Origin: Pseudomonas aeruginosa
GTDB lineage: Bacteria; Pseudomonadota; Gammaproteobacteria; Pseudomonadales; Pseudomonadaceae
Length of the DNA: 32,000 nt
Assembly (NCBI RefSeq): GCF_001457615.1
Contig: NZ_LN831024.1
Coordinates: 5,580,001 to 5,612,000, forward strand
Direction of reading: 5' to 3'
A program made the position numbers and the translations under genes. This document shows positions 1-8,242 of this stretch, piece after piece. Below the pieces are notes generated by a model that worked only from the letters and a program-made list of their open reading frames with translations, did no database searches and was not told where the DNA came from. Each line of letters begins with the position of its first letter. Within the stretch, counting starts at the first letter, position 1.

Positions 1-378
1 GGAGTCGAGCTTGAGCCAGACGTTGAGTGGAATATCCAGGCCGGCGGCGAGGAACGCCTCGCCCTGTTCCGCGCCCTGGATCACCAGGTCCAGGCGCAAT
101 TGCCCGGCGAGGGCGTATTCGCTCGCCTCGAAGCAGCCTTCCAGCAACAGGATGCGCGCGCTGGCGTGCAAGGCGCGGACTTCCGCGGCCTCCTCCAGGC
201 AGGCCACGGCGAAGCCATCGGCATCGTCGTGCAACGCGGTAACCACTTCGCGCGCACCGTGGCCATAGGCGTTCGCCTTGACCACCGCGAACGCCTGGCG
301 CTGCGGCGCGCAGCGCTTGGCCAGGGCATAGTTGTGGCGAATGGCGGAAAGGTCGACGGTGGCAACGAGGGGACGCAT
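1..378 (-). CDS. alr: Alanine racemase, N-terminal 126 codons (3' end runs off the window)
   Basis: Own translation of the minus strand from the ATG at 378-376: MRPLVATVDLSAIRHNYALAKRCAPQRQAFAVVKANAYGHGAREV... It contains the PLP-lysine motif VVKANAYGHG. The frame stays open to position 1. It is absent from the ORF track because it is truncated. It lies downstream of dnaB, as in E. coli and Pseudomonas. Confidence 0.9.
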   Translation of the reverse strand, partial: MRPLVATVDLSAIRHNYALAKRCAPQRQAFAVVKANAYGHGAREVVTALHDDADGFAVACLEEAAEVRALHASARILLLEGCFEASEYALAGQLRLDLVIQGAEQGEAFLAAGLDIPLNVWLKLDS

Positions 379-446
379 GGCATCGGGTCCTGCAACTGAA
401 ACGGGTGCCTATGGTAAGGCGCCCGCCGGGCAAGACCCAAGCCGGG

Positions 447-1841
447 TCATTCGTCCTCGAAGTTGTACATGCCGGCGGCAAGGTTCTCGAAGCGCGTGTA
501 TTTGCCGATGAAGGCCAGGCGCACCGTACCGATCGGACCGTTACGCTGCTTGCCGATGATGATTTCGGCGACGCCCTTGAACTCGGTCTCCGGGTGGTAC
601 ACCTCGTCGCGGTAGACGAACATGATCACGTCGGCGTCCTGCTCGATCGCCCCGGATTCGCGCAAGTCGGAGTTCACCGGGCGCTTGTTGGGTCGCTGCT
701 CCAGGGAGCGGTTGAGCTGCGACAGGGCAATCACCGGGCAGTTGAATTCCTTCGCCAGGGCCTTCAGCGAGCGGGAAATCTCGGAAATCTCGTTGGTCCG
801 GTTGTCGCCGCTGGAGCCGGGTATCTGCATCAGTTGCAGGTAGTCGATCATGATCAGCGCCAGGTCGCCGTGCTCGCGCACCAGGCGACGGGTCCGCGCG
901 CGCATTTCCGAGGGACTGATGCCAGCGGTATCGTCGATGAACAGCTTCTTGTCGTTGAGCAGGTTGATCGCCGAAGTCAGGCGCGGCCAGTCCTCGTCGT
1001 CGAGCTTGCCGGAACGCACCTTGGTCTGGTCGATACGCCCGAGCGACGAGAGCATACGCATCACGATCGAGTCGGAGGGCATCTCCAGGGAGTACACCAA
1101 CACGGCCTTGTCGGTGCGCATCACCGCGTTCTCGACCAGGTTCATGGCGAAGGTGGTCTTACCCATCGACGGACGCCCGGCGACGATGATCAGGTCGGCC
1201 GGCTGCAGGCCGCTGGTCTTCTCGTCGAGGTCGGTGAAACCGGTGGACACCCCGGTCAGCGCCTCGGTGGTGTTGAACAGGTAGTCGATGCGGTCGATGG
1301 TCTTGACCAGGATATCGCTGATCCCTACCGGCCCGCCGGTCTTCGGTCGCGCTTCGGCGATCTCGAAGATCTTCCGCTCGGCCTCGTCGAGGATCTCGTT
1401 GGCGCCGCGCCCTTCCGGGTGGAAGGCGCTGTCGGCGATCTCGTTGCTGATGCCGATCAGTTGGCGCAGGGTGGCGCGCTCGCGGATGATCTGCGCGTAG
1501 GCCTTGATGTTGGCGACCGAGGGAATGTTCTTCGCCAGTTCGCCGAGATAGGCCAGGCCGCCGACCTGGGCCAGTTGTCCTTCCTTCTCCAACTGCTCGG
1601 AGAGGGTCACCACGTCGATCGGCTGGTTGGCCTCGGCCAGCTTGTAGATGGCGCGGAAGATCAGGCGATGGTCATGGCGGTAGAAATCGCCGTCGGACAC
1701 CGAATCCGACACACGCTCCCAGGCGTTGTTGTCCAGCATCAGGCCACCCAGCACGGCCTGCTCGGCCTCGATCGAGTGCGGCGGCACCTTCAGGGCTGTG
1801 GTTTCCAGGTCGTATTGCTCGGGGCTGGTGATCTCGTTCAT
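447..1841 (-). CDS. dnaB: Replicative DNA helicase DnaB (464 aa)
   Basis: ORF 447..1886, with Walker A GRPSMGKTTF and DnaB-family motifs throughout. I moved the start to the ATG at 1841 (MNEITSPEQYDLE...). The 15-codon upstream extension begins with GTG and translates the T-run of the rplI terminator. Confidence 0.95.
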   Translation of the reverse strand: MNEITSPEQYDLETTALKVPPHSIEAEQAVLGGLMLDNNAWERVSDSVSDGDFYRHDHRLIFRAIYKLAEANQPIDVVTLSEQLEKEGQLAQVGGLAYLGELAKNIPSVANIKAYAQIIRERATLRQLIGISNEIADSAFHPEGRGANEILDEAERKIFEIAEARPKTGGPVGISDILVKTIDRIDYLFNTTEALTGVSTGFTDLDEKTSGLQPADLIIVAGRPSMGKTTFAMNLVENAVMRTDKAVLVYSLEMPSDSIVMRMLSSLGRIDQTKVRSGKLDDEDWPRLTSAINLLNDKKLFIDDTAGISPSEMRARTRRLVREHGDLALIMIDYLQLMQIPGSSGDNRTNEISEISRSLKALAKEFNCPVIALSQLNRSLEQRPNKRPVNSDLRESGAIEQDADVIMFVYRDEVYHPETEFKGVAEIIIGKQRNGPIGTVRLAFIGKYTRFENLAAGMYNFEDE

Positions 1842-1868
1842 AGACTCGACGCAAGAAAAAGGAACAGC

Positions 1869-1911
1869 GGAAAAAACAACGGGCACGGTGCCGTTGCCGG
1901 TACCGTGCCCG
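1869..1911 (-). terminator. Rho-independent terminator between rplI and dnaB
   Basis: Minus strand: CGGGCACGGT-(12 nt loop)-ACCGTGCCCG, a perfect 10-bp stem (1880-1889 / 1902-1911), followed by TTGTTTTTTCC. Confidence 0.8.
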
Positions 1912-1969
1912 ATGTTAGCGGACTGCCGCGGACACGCATATGCCCGCCCAGCCCTACCGATCGGATCGC

Positions 1970-2416
1970 TTACTCAGCGACGATGATCAGCTTCAGAGTG
2001 GTTTCCACGTCGGTGTGCAGGTGCACGGCGACGTCGAACTCACCGGTGTTGCGCAGCGCGCCGTTGGGCAGGCGAACTTCGGCTTTTTCCAGCGGGTAAC
2101 CGGCAGCGGAAACGGCTTCGGCGATGTCGCGGGTGCCGATCGAACCGAACAGCTTGCCTTCGTCGCCAGCGTGGGCGCCGAGGGTTACCACCAGCTCGGA
2201 GAGCTGGGCAGCACGGGCTTCGGCAGCGGCCTTCTTCTCGGCGGCAGCCTTTTCCAGCTCGGCGCGGCGTGCTTCGAACGCAGCGACGTTCTCGGCGGTG
2301 GCGACGGTGGCCTTGCCCTGCGGCAGCAGGAAGTTACGGGCGTAACCGCCCTTGATGTTCACCTTGTCGCCCAGGTTGCCCAGGTTGGCGACTTTTTCCA
2401 GCAGGATGACTTCCAT
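1970..2416 (-). CDS. rplI: 50S ribosomal protein L9 (148 aa)
   Basis: [36 protein letters not shown] is the canonical L9 N-terminus. The gene ends in TAA. Confidence 0.97.
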
Positions 2417-2437
2417 TTGAGTCTTACCTCTTAACTT

Positions 2438-3307
2438 TTAACCTTCACCGTTCGTGGAACCCTGGCGCCGGGCCAGGCGTCCACGAAAATCAAACAGACT
2501 GTCGACAACCGCCAAAAGACAGATCAGGTTCCCCAGCAGCAATACAGCCAGGTACAGGCCCACCAGCCAACCACCCGCGAGGCGCTTCAGGGCGATCAGG
2601 CCATGCCCGAGCGCCACGCCGGCGATGATCAGCGGCACGCTGCACAACGGGCCGAGCACCGCGGCCTGCACTTCCAGCGCCGGGACCACGACGGCCCCCA
2701 GCAGCAGGATCACGGCAACCGCCGGCGCCAGCCGCAAACTCCGGAATTCGCGGCCGAAGCCGCCCGGGTTGTACAGCGAAGCCTGCCAGTACCGCGCGAG
2801 CATCAGGCAGAGCAGGCAGGTCACCTGCAGCGAGGAAGCCATGACCCCGGTCAGGGTCGGCACCAGCGCCACCTGCAACTTGTCCAGCTCTTCGCCCGAC
2901 AGCTGGGACTCCCCGCGAAGCTGGGTCAGGACCTTGGTGACTTCCGTCGCCAGGGCGCCGATCAGCTCGCTGGAGGTATGCCCCAGCACCAGCGCGAATA
3001 CCACGCCAACTGCAACACTGCCCAGCAGCACATGGCTCCAGGACGTGCTGGCGCGCAGGATCTGCGCCAGCGTCAGGGTACCGAGCAGGACCAGAAGGAT
3101 GCTCGGATCGCCCAGGTACCACCAGAACATCGCCGGTAGCACCGCCCAGGCCAGGACGCCGAAGGCGTCGCCGAATCCGCGCCGCAGCAGCACCAGGCTA
3201 CCGGCGGCGGCACTCAGCCAGAACAACAGTGGAACAACCGCGGAGCCTGCCACGGCGAGCGTGGCCTGCATGCGGCCGCGCATGGTGAACTCAGCCAGTG
3301 CGCGCAT
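2438..3307 (-). CDS. Polytopic inner-membrane protein of unknown function (289 aa, about 8 TM segments), encoded between rpsR and rplI
   Basis: ORF with about 8 hydrophobic segments and one central amphipathic loop (TKVLTQLRGESQLSGEELDKLQ). An AAGGGA Shine-Dalgarno lies about 10 nt before the ATG. The gaps are 36 nt to rpsR and 21 nt to rplI on the same strand, which implies co-transcription. No catalytic motif recognised. Confidence 0.8.
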   Translation of the reverse strand: MRALAEFTMRGRMQATLAVAGSAVVPLLFWLSAAAGSLVLLRRGFGDAFGVLAWAVLPAMFWWYLGDPSILLVLLGTLTLAQILRASTSWSHVLLGSVAVGVVFALVLGHTSSELIGALATEVTKVLTQLRGESQLSGEELDKLQVALVPTLTGVMASSLQVTCLLCLMLARYWQASLYNPGGFGREFRSLRLAPAVAVILLLGAVVVPALEVQAAVLGPLCSVPLIIAGVALGHGLIALKRLAGGWLVGLYLAVLLLGNLICLLAVVDSLFDFRGRLARRQGSTNGEG

Positions 3308-3343
3308 GCGATCTATCCCTTACCAGCGTTCGACTGCCCGATC

Positions 3344-3574
3344 TCAACGGCCGTGGCTGTCGGTGTAAGGAAGCAGGGCCAGGTAGCGGGCGCGCTTGAT
3401 AGCGGTCGCCAGCTGACGCTGGTACTTGGCCTTGGTGCCGGTGATACGGCTCGGAACGATCTTGCCGGTTTCGGAAACGTAGGCCTTCAGGGTGTTGAGA
3501 TCCTTGTAATCGATCTCTTTCACGCCTTCGGCGGTGAAGCGGCAGAACTTACGACGACGGAAGAAACGTGCCAT
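3344..3574 (-). CDS. rpsR: 30S ribosomal protein S18 (76 aa)
   Basis: [47 protein letters not shown] is the canonical S18 sequence. Confidence 0.97.
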   Translation of the reverse strand: MARFFRRRKFCRFTAEGVKEIDYKDLNTLKAYVSETGKIVPSRITGTKAKYQRQLATAIKRARYLALLPYTDSHGR

Positions 3575-3603
3575 GTGATTGGCTCCTCAATACTGGTCCG
3601 GAA

Positions 3604-4023
3604 TTACTCGTCAGCGTTATCGCTATCGCTGTTGTCGTCGCCATCGGCGCCTTCAGCGTTATCGTTCGGACGCTCACGACGCTCGCGACGCTCGTTGCGG
3701 CTTTCTTCAGCCTTGAGCATCTCGGACTGCTCGGTGACAGCTTCGTCGCGACGCATGACCAGGTTACGGATCACGGCATCGTTGTAACGGAAGTTGTCTT
3801 CCAGCTCAGCCAGGGCCTTGGCGCTGCACTCGACGTTCATCAGAACGTAGTGGGCCTTGTGCACGTTGTTGATGGCGTAGGCCAGCTGACGACGGCCCCA
3901 GTCTTCCAGACGGTGGATCTTGCCGCCGTCTTCTTCGATGGCCTTGGTGTAACGCTCGACCATGCCACCGACTTGTTCGCTCTGGTCCGGGTGAACCAGG
4001 AACACGATTTCGTAATGACGCAT
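3604..4023 (-). CDS. rpsF: 30S ribosomal protein S6 (139 aa) with acidic C-terminal tail
   Basis: [18 protein letters not shown]... is the canonical S6 sequence. The tail is Asp/Glu-rich ([15 protein letters not shown]). Confidence 0.97.
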
Positions 4024-4138
4024 AAATGCTCCTTACGGGTTGCAGCCTGCCGCAGAACGGTCAGGCAAGGAGTGAATGTTTTCTTGGCTTGCCTGGTGGA
4101 GAGGCGAACGAACGCCTGCCCGCGCGGCAAGGGGCGAC

Positions 4139-4167
4139 ATTCTAGAGAAGGGCAACCGGCGAAGCAA
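4139..4167 (-). promoter_or_regulatory. Candidate sigma-70 promoter of the rpsF operon
   Basis: Minus strand: TTGCTT (4167-4162), 17-bp spacer, TAGAAT (4144-4139). This predicts a leader of about 105-110 nt that contains an 8-bp hairpin (CAGGCAAG...CTTGCCTG) and a 5-bp hairpin (AGGCG...CGCCT). Confidence 0.55.
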
Positions 4168-4205
4168 GGAAGATTGGCGAATATTTGTACAGCGGATGGA
4201 ATGGC

Positions 4206-4231
4206 GCGGGGCCGCGCCGCGGCGGCCCCGC
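4206..4231 (-). terminator. GC-rich stem-loop immediately after rlmB (possible terminator, no U-tract)
   Basis: GCGGGGCCGC-(6 nt)-GCGGCCCCGC, a perfect 10-bp stem lying 6 nt past the rlmB stop. No T-run follows on the minus strand. Confidence 0.45.
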
Positions 4232-4237
4232 ACGCGC

Positions 4238-4984
4238 TCACTCCAGCGGGGTGCGCTGGCGGAGGATCTCGAACAGGCAGACGCCGGTGGCGACCGAGAC
4301 GTTCAGGCTGCTGACGCTGCCGGCCATCGGCAACCTGGCGAGGAAGTCGCAGTGCTCGCGGGTCAGCCGGCGCATGCCCTTGCCTTCCGCGCCCATCACC
4401 AGCACGGTCGGCCCCTTGAGGTCGAGCTGGTAGAGGGTCTTGTCCGCCTCGCCAGCGGTGCCGACCACCCACAGGCCGCGCTGCTGGAGCTTTTCCAGGG
4501 TACGCGCGAGGTTGGTCACCGCCACCAGCGGGATCACCTCGGCGGCGCCGCAAGCGACCTTGCGCACGGTGGCGTTGAGGGTCGCGGACTTGTCCTTGGG
4601 CACGATCACCGCCTGCACCCCCGCCGCATCGGCGGTACGCAGGCAGGCGCCGAGGTTGTGCGGATCGGTGACGCCATCCAGGGCCAGCAGGAGCGGCACG
4701 CCCTCGCTCCGCTCGAGCAGTTCCTCGAGCATGTTTTCGCCCCAGACCTGGCTGGGGCTGACTTCCGCGACCACGCCCTGGTGGACGCCTTCCGCCCACT
4801 CGTCGAGTTCGCGCCGATCGCGCTGCCCTACCGGAATACGGAACCCGGCGGCCAGCTCGGTGAGCACCTGGACCCGCGGATCATGCCGCCCCTCGGCCAG
4901 CCACAACTGCTTGACCCGCTTCGGGTGATGACGCAACAACGCTTCCACGGCATGCACGCCGTAGACCTTTTCCCACTGACTCAT
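4238..4984 (-). CDS. rlmB: 23S rRNA (guanosine-2'-O)-methyltransferase RlmB, SpoU/TrmH family (248 aa)
   Basis: SpoU knot motifs LVMGAEGKGMRRLTREHCDFLARLPMAGSVSSLNVSVATGVCLFE. The ATG overlaps the rnr stop (ATGA, 4981-4984). Confidence 0.92.
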   Translation of the reverse strand: MSQWEKVYGVHAVEALLRHHPKRVKQLWLAEGRHDPRVQVLTELAAGFRIPVGQRDRRELDEWAEGVHQGVVAEVSPSQVWGENMLEELLERSEGVPLLLALDGVTDPHNLGACLRTADAAGVQAVIVPKDKSATLNATVRKVACGAAEVIPLVAVTNLARTLEKLQQRGLWVVGTAGEADKTLYQLDLKGPTVLVMGAEGKGMRRLTREHCDFLARLPMAGSVSSLNVSVATGVCLFEILRQRTPLE

Positions 4985-7695
4985 GACTTGGCCTTACGTT
5001 TGCGCGCCCCGGTGGCGGCCGGAGCGTTGTCGGCCTTCGGCTTGGAAGGCCCCTTGCGATGCTTGGTCGGCTTGCCCGGCTTGGCGGCAGCGGCGGGCTT
5101 GCCGTCCTTGGCCTTGCCCTTCGCGCTCTTGCCCGCAGGAACGACCTTGCCCTTCTTCCCGCCCTTGTCCTTGCCGCCGACACGCGCCTCGGCGAGCAGC
5201 GCCTGCTTGACCTCGCGACTCTTGCGCACGTCGGTGTTGCCGAGCATCTCCGCGGCCTGCGCCAGCAGCTCCGGCGCGACCGGCGGCAGCGCCTGCACCT
5301 TGCCGGCCTTGCGCCGCGGCACCACCGCGGCGTCGGGACTGGCCAGCGCCGGCTCCAGGTCGACCTCGGGCACGGATGCGCCCTTGCGCCCCTTCGGCGC
5401 CTTGCCGGCGTTCGTCGACTTGTCGCCGTTGCGCTTCTTGCGTCCGATCGGCGCGCTCAGCACGTTTCCGGCCAGCTCGAAATCGATCTTCCGCTCGTCC
5501 AGGTCGACCCGCGCCACTACCACTTCCGTGGTGTCGCCGAGACGGAAGCTGCGCCCGGTGCGTTCGCCGCTGAGGCGATGGTGCACGGCGTCGAAATGAT
5601 AGTAGTCGCCGGGCAGCGCGGTCACATGGACCAGGCCTTCGACGAAGATGTCGGTCAGCTCGACGAACAGACCGAAACCGGTGACCGCAGTGATTACGCC
5701 AGGGAAGGTCTCGCCGACCCGCTCGCGCATGTATTCGCACTTCAGCCAGTTGGTCACGTCGCGGGTGGCCTCGTCGGCACGCCGCTCGGTCATCGAGCAC
5801 TGCTCGCCCAACTGGTCCAGGCGCAATTCGTCGTACGGATAGATACGCGCCTTGGGCATGCTCGCCGCGCCGGCCCGCTGCACGTGCGGAGTCTCCGCCT
5901 TGGAGCGGATCACACTGCGGATCGCACGATGCACCAGCAGGTCCGGGTAGCGCCGGATCGGCGAGGTGAAGTGGGTGTAGGCGTCGTAGTTGAGGCCGAA
6001 GTGGCCATTGTTGTCCGGGCTGTACACCGCCTGGCTGAGCGAACGCAGCATGACCGTCTGGATCAGGCGGAAGTCGGCGCGGTCGTGGATCTTCTCCAGC
6101 AACTCCTGGTAGTCGCCCGGGGTCGGCGCGGCCTTGCCGCGGCCGAGGCTCAACCCCAGCTCGCCGAGGAACTGGCGCAGGTTGTTGAGTTTCTCCTGCG
6201 GCGGGCCGTCATGCACCCGGTACAACGCCGGGATGGCGTGCTTCTGCAGGAAGCGTGCGGTCGCCACGTTGGCGCAGAGCATGCACTCTTCGATCAGGCG
6301 GTGCGCATCGTTGCGCTGGGTCGGGCGGATTTCCGAGATCTTCCGGTCGGCGCCGAAGACGATGCGGGTTTCCTGGGTCTCGAAATCGATCGCGCCGCGG
6401 ACATGGCGGCCGGCCAGCAGCGCTTTATACAACGCATACAGCTGCTGCAGGTGCGGCACCACGCCGGGCAACTGCTGGCGCAGGTTCTCGGCCTCGACGC
6501 TGTCGGGATGCTCGAGCAACTGGCTGACCTTGGTGTAGGTCAGGCGGGCATGGGAGTGGATCACCGCTTCGTAGAACTGGTAGCCGGTCAGCTTGCCAGC
6601 CTTGGACAGGGTCATCTCGCAGACCATGGCCAGCCGGTCGACCAGCGGATTCAGCGAGCAGAGACCATTGGACAGCACCTCCGGCAGCATCGGGATCACC
6701 CGCTCGGGGAAATACACCGAGTTGCCGCGCCTGGCCGCCTCTTCGTCCAGCGCCGAACCGACCTTCACGTAGTGCGAGACATCGGCGATCGCCACGAACA
6801 GGCGCCAGCCGCCGCCGCGCTTGGCCTCGGCGTACACCGCGTCGTCGAAGTCGCGGGCATCCTCGCCGTCGATGGTGACGAAGGGCACCTGGCGCAGGTC
6901 GACACGCTTTTCCTTGTCCTTCTCCGCCACTTCCGGCTTGAGCTTGGCCGCTTCCTTCTCCACCGCGGCCGGCCAGACGTGGGGGATATCGTAGCTGCGC
7001 AGGGCGACTTCGATCTCCATCCCCGGCGCCATGTAGTCACCGAGCACCTCGACGATCTCGCCCTGGGCCTGGCGGTGGATGCTCGGCCATTGCTCGATGC
7101 GCACCTGGACGAACTGGTTGTGCCTGGCCTTGCCGGCCTTGCCCGGCGGGATCAGGACTTCCTGCTGGATCTTCGGGTTGTCCGCGACCACCACGCCGAT
7201 GCCGCTTTCCTCGAAGTAGCGGCCGACCACGATCTCGTGGGCCCGCTCGATCACCTCGACCAGCTGGCCTTCGCGGCGTCCGCGCCGGTCATGGCCGGAC
7301 ACCCGGGCCAGGGCGCGGTCGCCGTCGAACACCAGGCGCATCTGGGTGGGACTGAGGAACAGGTCGTCGCTGCCATCGTCGGGGATCAGGAAGCCGAAGC
7401 CGTCGCGGTGCCCGCTGATGCGGCCGCGGATCAGGTCCAGCTTGTCCACCGGCGCATAGGCGCCACGACGCGTATAGATAAGCTGCCCGTCGCGCTCCAT
7501 GGCGCGCAGGCGACGACGCAAGGCCTCTTCCGGCTCCTCGCCGGCGAGCCCGAACTCGTCGAGCAACTGGGAGCGAGTCGCCGGAGCGCCCCGCTCGGAT
7601 AGGTGAGCCAGGATCAGTTCCCGGCTGGGGATGGGGTTTTCGTACTTTTCCGCTTCGCGAGCGGCCTCGGGATCGAGGTTTTGCCAATCGGCCAT
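4981..7695 (-). CDS. rnr: Ribonuclease R (904 aa) with long Lys-rich C-terminal tail
   Basis: Cold-shock-like domain (ISGHRDGFGFLIPDD), RNB motif (IDGEDARDFDDAVYAE), S1 domain (ETFPGVITAVTGFGLFVEL), then a 154-residue K/A/P/G-rich tail. Confidence 0.95.
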   Translation of the reverse strand: MADWQNLDPEAAREAEKYENPIPSRELILAHLSERGAPATRSQLLDEFGLAGEEPEEALRRRLRAMERDGQLIYTRRGAYAPVDKLDLIRGRISGHRDGFGFLIPDDGSDDLFLSPTQMRLVFDGDRALARVSGHDRRGRREGQLVEVIERAHEIVVGRYFEESGIGVVVADNPKIQQEVLIPPGKAGKARHNQFVQVRIEQWPSIHRQAQGEIVEVLGDYMAPGMEIEVALRSYDIPHVWPAAVEKEAAKLKPEVAEKDKEKRVDLRQVPFVTIDGEDARDFDDAVYAEAKRGGGWRLFVAIADVSHYVKVGSALDEEAARRGNSVYFPERVIPMLPEVLSNGLCSLNPLVDRLAMVCEMTLSKAGKLTGYQFYEAVIHSHARLTYTKVSQLLEHPDSVEAENLRQQLPGVVPHLQQLYALYKALLAGRHVRGAIDFETQETRIVFGADRKISEIRPTQRNDAHRLIEECMLCANVATARFLQKHAIPALYRVHDGPPQEKLNNLRQFLGELGLSLGRGKAAPTPGDYQELLEKIHDRADFRLIQTVMLRSLSQAVYSPDNNGHFGLNYDAYTHFTSPIRRYPDLLVHRAIRSVIRSKAETPHVQRAGAASMPKARIYPYDELRLDQLGEQCSMTERRADEATRDVTNWLKCEYMRERVGETFPGVITAVTGFGLFVELTDIFVEGLVHVTALPGDYYHFDAVHHRLSGERTGRSFRLGDTTEVVVARVDLDERKIDFELAGNVLSAPIGRKKRNGDKSTNAGKAPKGRKGASVPEVDLEPALASPDAAVVPRRKAGKVQALPPVAPELLAQAAEMLGNTDVRKSREVKQALLAEARVGGKDKGGKKGKVVPAGKSAKGKAKDGKPAAAAKPGKPTKHRKGPSKPKADNAPAATGARKRKAKS

Positions 7696-7807
7696 TAGAG
7701 GTAGGTCACCTTTTCTTCTTTAGCGTTTGCTGCCATTGCTCTATTGAAGCGCGAAAACGCTTCGTCGGTCAGCTTCGGCAACAGAATAATTTTTATCGCA
7801 TCAGGGG

Positions 7808-7836
7808 TTTACAAGCAGAATACGTACTCGTATAGT
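7808..7836 (+). promoter_or_regulatory. Near-consensus sigma-70 promoter for the tRNA-Leu tandem
   Basis: TTTACA (7808-7813), 17-bp spacer, TATAGT (7831-7836). An A/T-rich UP-like stretch (AATAATTTTTATCGCA) lies just upstream and a GC-rich discriminator (TCGCGCCC) just downstream, as expected for stable-RNA promoters. Confidence 0.7.
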
Positions 7837-7875
7837 TCGCGCCCACAACGTTGCTGAGACGTTGTAACACGGAAA

Positions 7876-7891
7876 CGATGAGCGATCATCG
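7876..7891 (+). repeat. Leader hairpin copy 1 (CGATGA-GCGA-TCATCG)
   Basis: 6-bp stem capped by the GNRA-type tetraloop GCGA, ending 8 nt before tRNA copy 1. An identical 16-mer occurs before copy 2. Confidence 0.6.
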
Positions 7892-7899
7892 ACTCCAGT

Positions 7900-7986
7900 G
7901 CCCAGGTGGCGGAATTGGTAGACGCACTAGGTTCAGGTCCTAGCGGTGGCAACACCGTGGAAGTTCGAGTCTTCTCCTGGGCACCA
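7900..7986 (+). tRNA. tRNA-Leu (anticodon CAG), class II with long variable arm, CCA encoded
   Basis: GCCCAGG acceptor arm pairing with CCTGGGC before the 3' ACCA. The anticodon stem-loop is CTAGG-TTCAGGT-CCTAG with CAG in the centre. It has a long variable arm (GCGGTGGCAACACCGTG) and a T-arm containing GTTCGAGTC. 87 nt. Confidence 0.95.
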
Positions 7987-8001
7987 TATTTCAGACAAAG
8001 C

Positions 8002-8024
8002 CGGTCATTAGACCGTTTTTGTTT
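8002..8024 (+). terminator. Weak intrinsic terminator-like element in the inter-tRNA spacer
   Basis: CGGTC-ATTA-GACCG (5-bp stem) followed by TTTTTGTTT. It is probably leaky, or serves as a processing site. Confidence 0.4.
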
Positions 8025-8081
8025 CAGCAGTTCAGCCACTACCAGGCATTGAAACTGCGACAAGGTTTGCAACACCCAAGT

Positions 8082-8097
8082 CGATGAGCGATCATCG
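8082..8097 (+). repeat. Leader hairpin copy 2 (CGATGA-GCGA-TCATCG)
   Basis: Identical 16-mer to 7876-7891, ending 18 nt before tRNA copy 2. Confidence 0.6.
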
Positions 8098-8115
8098 CAC
8101 AATGCTGAAAAGCAT

Positions 8116-8202
8116 GCCCAGGTGGCGGAATTGGTAGACGCACTAGGTTCAGGTCCTAGCGGTGGCAACACCGTGGAAGTTCGAGTCTTCTCCTGGGCAC
8201 CA
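8116..8202 (+). tRNA. tRNA-Leu (anticodon CAG), second identical copy
   Basis: 87/87 identical to 7900-7986 by direct comparison. Confidence 0.95.
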
Positions 8203-8216
8203 TCTTCAAGACAAAC

Positions 8217-8242
8217 AGCCGAGCATCGCTCGGCTTTTTGTT
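8217..8242 (+). terminator. Rho-independent terminator of the tRNA-Leu operon
   Basis: AGCCGAGC-ATC-GCTCGGCT (8-bp stem) followed by TTTTTGTT. Confidence 0.85.

Noticed and set aside
405-2099. 564-aa plus-strand ORF opposite dnaB. Similar long opposite-strand ORFs occur at 5059-7602 (+), 8370-10232 (+), 12098-13861 (+), 17954-19579 (+), 20613-21446 (+, the read-in portion), 23205-24206 (-), 28070-29611 (-) and 29843-31864 (-).
   Set aside because: They are shadow ORFs, typical of DNA with about 66% GC. Their products are low-complexity and rich in R/A/G/H/Q/V/D with no motifs. In each case the opposite strand encodes a protein with clear family signatures (Walker A, RNB, P-loops and so on). 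A GC3 or codon-usage calculation would confirm this; I could not run one.
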